Below, in pieces: positions 47,751 through 50,002 of a DNA stretch of 50,002 nt. The stretch is taken from NCBI GenBank assembly GCA_009784665.1, contig WRBH01000001.1, positions 73,267-123,268 of the forward strand, written 5' to 3'. This stretch comes from Bacillota bacterium. GTDB taxonomy: Bacteria; Bacillota; Clostridia; Christensenellales; UBA1242. How positions within the stretch are numbered: position 1 is the stretch's first letter; each line of letters opens with the position of its first letter. The position numbers and the translations under genes are program-made. Under the pieces are notes generated by a model, which made no database searches, was not told the DNA's origin, and saw only the letters and a list, made by a program, of their open reading frames with translations.

Positions 47751-47766
47751 TGTTCCACATGGAACA
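47751..47766. promoter_or_regulatory. parS site 3
   Basis: TGTTCCACATGGAACA. Confidence 0.9.
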
Positions 47767-47786
47767 GGGTGGTGTCAAGCGAAAAG

Positions 47787-47802
47787 TGTTCCATGTGGAA
47801 CA
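47787..47802. promoter_or_regulatory. parS site 4
   Basis: TGTTCCATGTGGAACA. Confidence 0.9.
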
Positions 47803-47887
47803 CGGTACCCTCTATAATTATTATAGAGAGTGCGATGAGTGCGTTCCTCTTGCATTTTAGATGGAGGTGTGATATGATGGTTGAATT

Positions 47888-48661
47888 ATGAGTGCAAAGA
47901 TAGTTGCGTTTACGAACCAGAAAGGCGGCGTAGGTAAGACTACGACCTGCGTTAACCTTAGTGCGTTTCTTGTAGAGATGGGCAAGCGGGTTCTTATTGT
48001 TGATATAGACCCTCAAGGAAATGCTACAAGTGGTATAGGGTTCGAGAAATCTCGTGATACCAAGACCATTTACGATGTAATGTGCGACAATGTGGATGTC
48101 AGCGAGGTTGTCCAATTGAGCCCAATCCGAAACCTGGAGATTATCCCTGCAACGGTGGACTTGGCAGGTGCGGAAGTGGAGCTTGTTCGTATGCCGGGGC
48201 GAGAGAGGCTGCTTAAAGACCATCTAGAGAAGGTGCGGGGAAGTTATGATTACATTATGATCGATTGTCCTCCATCTCTGGGGCTATTGACGCTTAATGC
48301 ACTGACGGCAGCGGATGCATTAGTGATACCGATTCAGTGTGAGTTCTTTGCATTGGAAGGGGTGTCTCAGTTAATAAATACAGTTCGTCTTATAAGGAAG
48401 CAGGGGTTAAACCCGAAGCTAGACATTGATGGAGTCTTGCTGACAATGTATGATAAGAGATCTAGTTTGACAGATCAGGTGTCCAGCGAAATTCTAAAGT
48501 TTTTCGGCAAAAAAGTTTTCAACATAAAGGTCCCAAGAAATGTCCGATTGGCGGAGGCTCCATCGCATGGCAAGCCAATAACCTTATACGATCCAAAATG
48601 TGCAGGTGCCGTAGCCTATGGGCAATTGGCAAAAGAATTCCTGGCTAGGCAACCTAAGTAA
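47888..48661 (+). CDS. parA: ParA/Soj ATPase
   Basis: NQKGGVGKTTT, DIDPQGN, DCPPSLG, PRNVRLAEAPSHG. Confidence 0.98.
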   Translation: MSAKIVAFTNQKGGVGKTTTCVNLSAFLVEMGKRVLIVDIDPQGNATSGIGFEKSRDTKTIYDVMCDNVDVSEVVQLSPIRNLEIIPATVDLAGAEVELVRMPGRERLLKDHLEKVRGSYDYIMIDCPPSLGLLTLNALTAADALVIPIQCEFFALEGVSQLINTVRLIRKQGLNPKLDIDGVLLTMYDKRSSLTDQVSSEILKFFGKKVFNIKVPRNVRLAEAPSHGKPITLYDPKCAGAVAYGQLAKEFLARQPK

Positions 48662-48680
48662 AATCTGTTAAACTGGGTTT

Positions 48681-50002
48681 GTGTCTGTGCAGTTAATTGA
48701 CGAGGTTGTTGATATCACATTTCGTAATGACGAAAATGGGTATTCTGTTTTGCGGTTAAAGCAGAGTGGTACGGCTACTGGGGTTTTTGCCTTCGTATCA
48801 GTAGGGCAAGAGTTGAATATGGCAGGCGAGTGGGTGAATAATCCAAAATTTGGCAAGCAGTTCAAGGTGAGCAGTTATGGGGTAATGGTCCCAAATACTC
48901 CTGCCAAGATCAAGCAGTTTATTGGTAGTGGCTTGATAAAGGGTATCGGTCCTGTGACGGCGGATAGAGTTGTGGCGATGTTCGGGAAAGAGACCTTGCG
49001 GATAATGGATGAGGATCCGATGAAACTGAGCAGGGTTAAAGGTATCAGTCGTGACAAAGCAAAAGATATCGGCGAGCGATATGCCCTAGTCAAGGCAATG
49101 CAAGATAGTATAATTTTTCTGAGTCGTTTCAGTATCTCCATAAATATGGCGGTAAAAATATTCAAGAGGTTTGGTGAGCAAACTATCGAGATAGTTTCAG
49201 CGAACCCTTATATATTAATAGAGAAAATTTCAGGAATTGGATTCCTGACCGCTGACAAGATGGCCATGGATTTGGGTGTTGCGTATAATGGTAATTTCAG
49301 GGTTAGGGCAGGGTTGGTACATATTCTAAAGCAGGAGTCAGAGGTCGATGGGCATACATTTTTACCGAGATTGAACTTGCTGCTTGAGGCGTGTAAGTTA
49401 TTGAAAATCAAGCAGCCTGACCTAGAGCCAGTCTTTGAGGATGTAGTGTCCGAACTGTGTTTAGATAAATTACTGACCTTGGTTCGCAGGGAGGGCGAGG
49501 CTGGATTTATGTTGACCCGATTTTTTAATGACGAGCGGGTAATTGCGGGCAAGTTGGTAACCCTTGCAGGGCATGTCGACCAAAGTGATGATGGCGAGTT
49601 GGGTAGGACGATCAAGCATTACGAAGAGATTAATAAAATTAAATTGCATGATATGCAGCGAGATGCCGTAAAGATGGCGACGAGGCATGGTGTCTGCGTT
49701 ATAACAGGAGGGCCAGGGACGGGGAAAACCACCATAGTTAAGGCTATTTTATATATATCCGAGGCTCAGGGGCGGAAGGCAATGTTGCTTAGTCCCACTG
49801 GTCGTGCGGCGAAAAGGCTGGAGGATACGACTGGTCGACCTGCATCAACGATTCACCGTGCATTAATGGCGGGTAGTGGTGGTGAATGGTCTGAAGAGCA
49901 GGGTGGTAAGCTGGAGGCCGACCTCATTATTGTTGATGAGGTTTCCATGTGTGATGCGTCGTTGACGGCAGCGCTTTTGCGAAGCTTGTCGCCTCGGACT
50001 GC
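48681..50002 (+). CDS. recD2: RecD2 helicase (partial, runs off the window)
   Basis: Manual translation: FRNDENGYSV, KFGKQF, GSGLIKGIGP, ITGGPGTGKTT, PTGRAAKRL, IVDEVSM. Confidence 0.95.
   Translation, partial: MSVQLIDEVVDITFRNDENGYSVLRLKQSGTATGVFAFVSVGQELNMAGEWVNNPKFGKQFKVSSYGVMVPNTPAKIKQFIGSGLIKGIGPVTADRVVAMFGKETLRIMDEDPMKLSRVKGISRDKAKDIGERYALVKAMQDSIIFLSRFSISINMAVKIFKRFGEQTIEIVSANPYILIEKISGIGFLTADKMAMDLGVAYNGNFRVRAGLVHILKQESEVDGHTFLPRLNLLLEACKLLKIKQPDLEPVFEDVVSELCLDKLLTLVRREGEAGFMLTRFFNDERVIAGKLVTLAGHVDQSDDGELGRTIKHYEEINKIKLHDMQRDAVKMATRHGVCVITGGPGTGKTTIVKAILYISEAQGRKAMLLSPTGRAAKRLEDTTGRPASTIHRALMAGSGGEWSEEQGGKLEADLIIVDEVSMCDASLTAALLRSLSPRT

Noticed and set aside
46718-47802. CRISPR-like repeats
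   Set aside because: 16-bp palindromes in two pairs 1 kb apart match parS; no array periodicity or cas genes
1-50002. Alternative genetic code (stop-codon reassignment)
   Set aside because: Conserved genes translate full length under code 11, and TAA, TAG and TGA all end genes at expected positions (e.g. rpmH TGA, rnpA TAG)

Overview
Origin-proximal chromosomal region of a compact-genome, probably spore-forming Firmicute (Clostridia-like, inferred from yabP, ywmB-like, vanW, degV, recD2 and alpha2-type GlyRS). Core genes: ybaB, dnaX, gmk, glyQS, fusA, radC, rplK-rplA, uppP, yidC-yidD-rnpA-rpmH, dnaN, dnaA, dnaB, pyrG, cysS, cysK-like, recF, parB, parA and a partial recD2, plus four parS sites. 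Canonical operons are dismantled: dnaA/dnaN and parA/parB are each divergent, fusA stands alone, and dnaX appears split into a gamma-like gene and a separate tau C-terminal gene. Two window-wide patterns stand out. About 25 genes have a -10 hexamer 5-7 nt before the start codon and no Shine-Dalgarno, suggesting pervasive leaderless mRNAs. Predicted surface-exposed domains are almost free of lysine while cytoplasmic proteins are Lys-rich. Interspersed orphans include a tandem pair of strongly promoted coiled-coil paralogs, an HExxH peptidase, an R-S-E ADP-ribosyltransferase, a membrane-anchored GIY-YIG nuclease, a remodelled ZIP transporter, a degenerate MazG-like protein and an InsA-like remnant. 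No rRNA, tRNA, CRISPR array or intact mobile element was seen. All calls come from motif recognition by eye; no searches were run.
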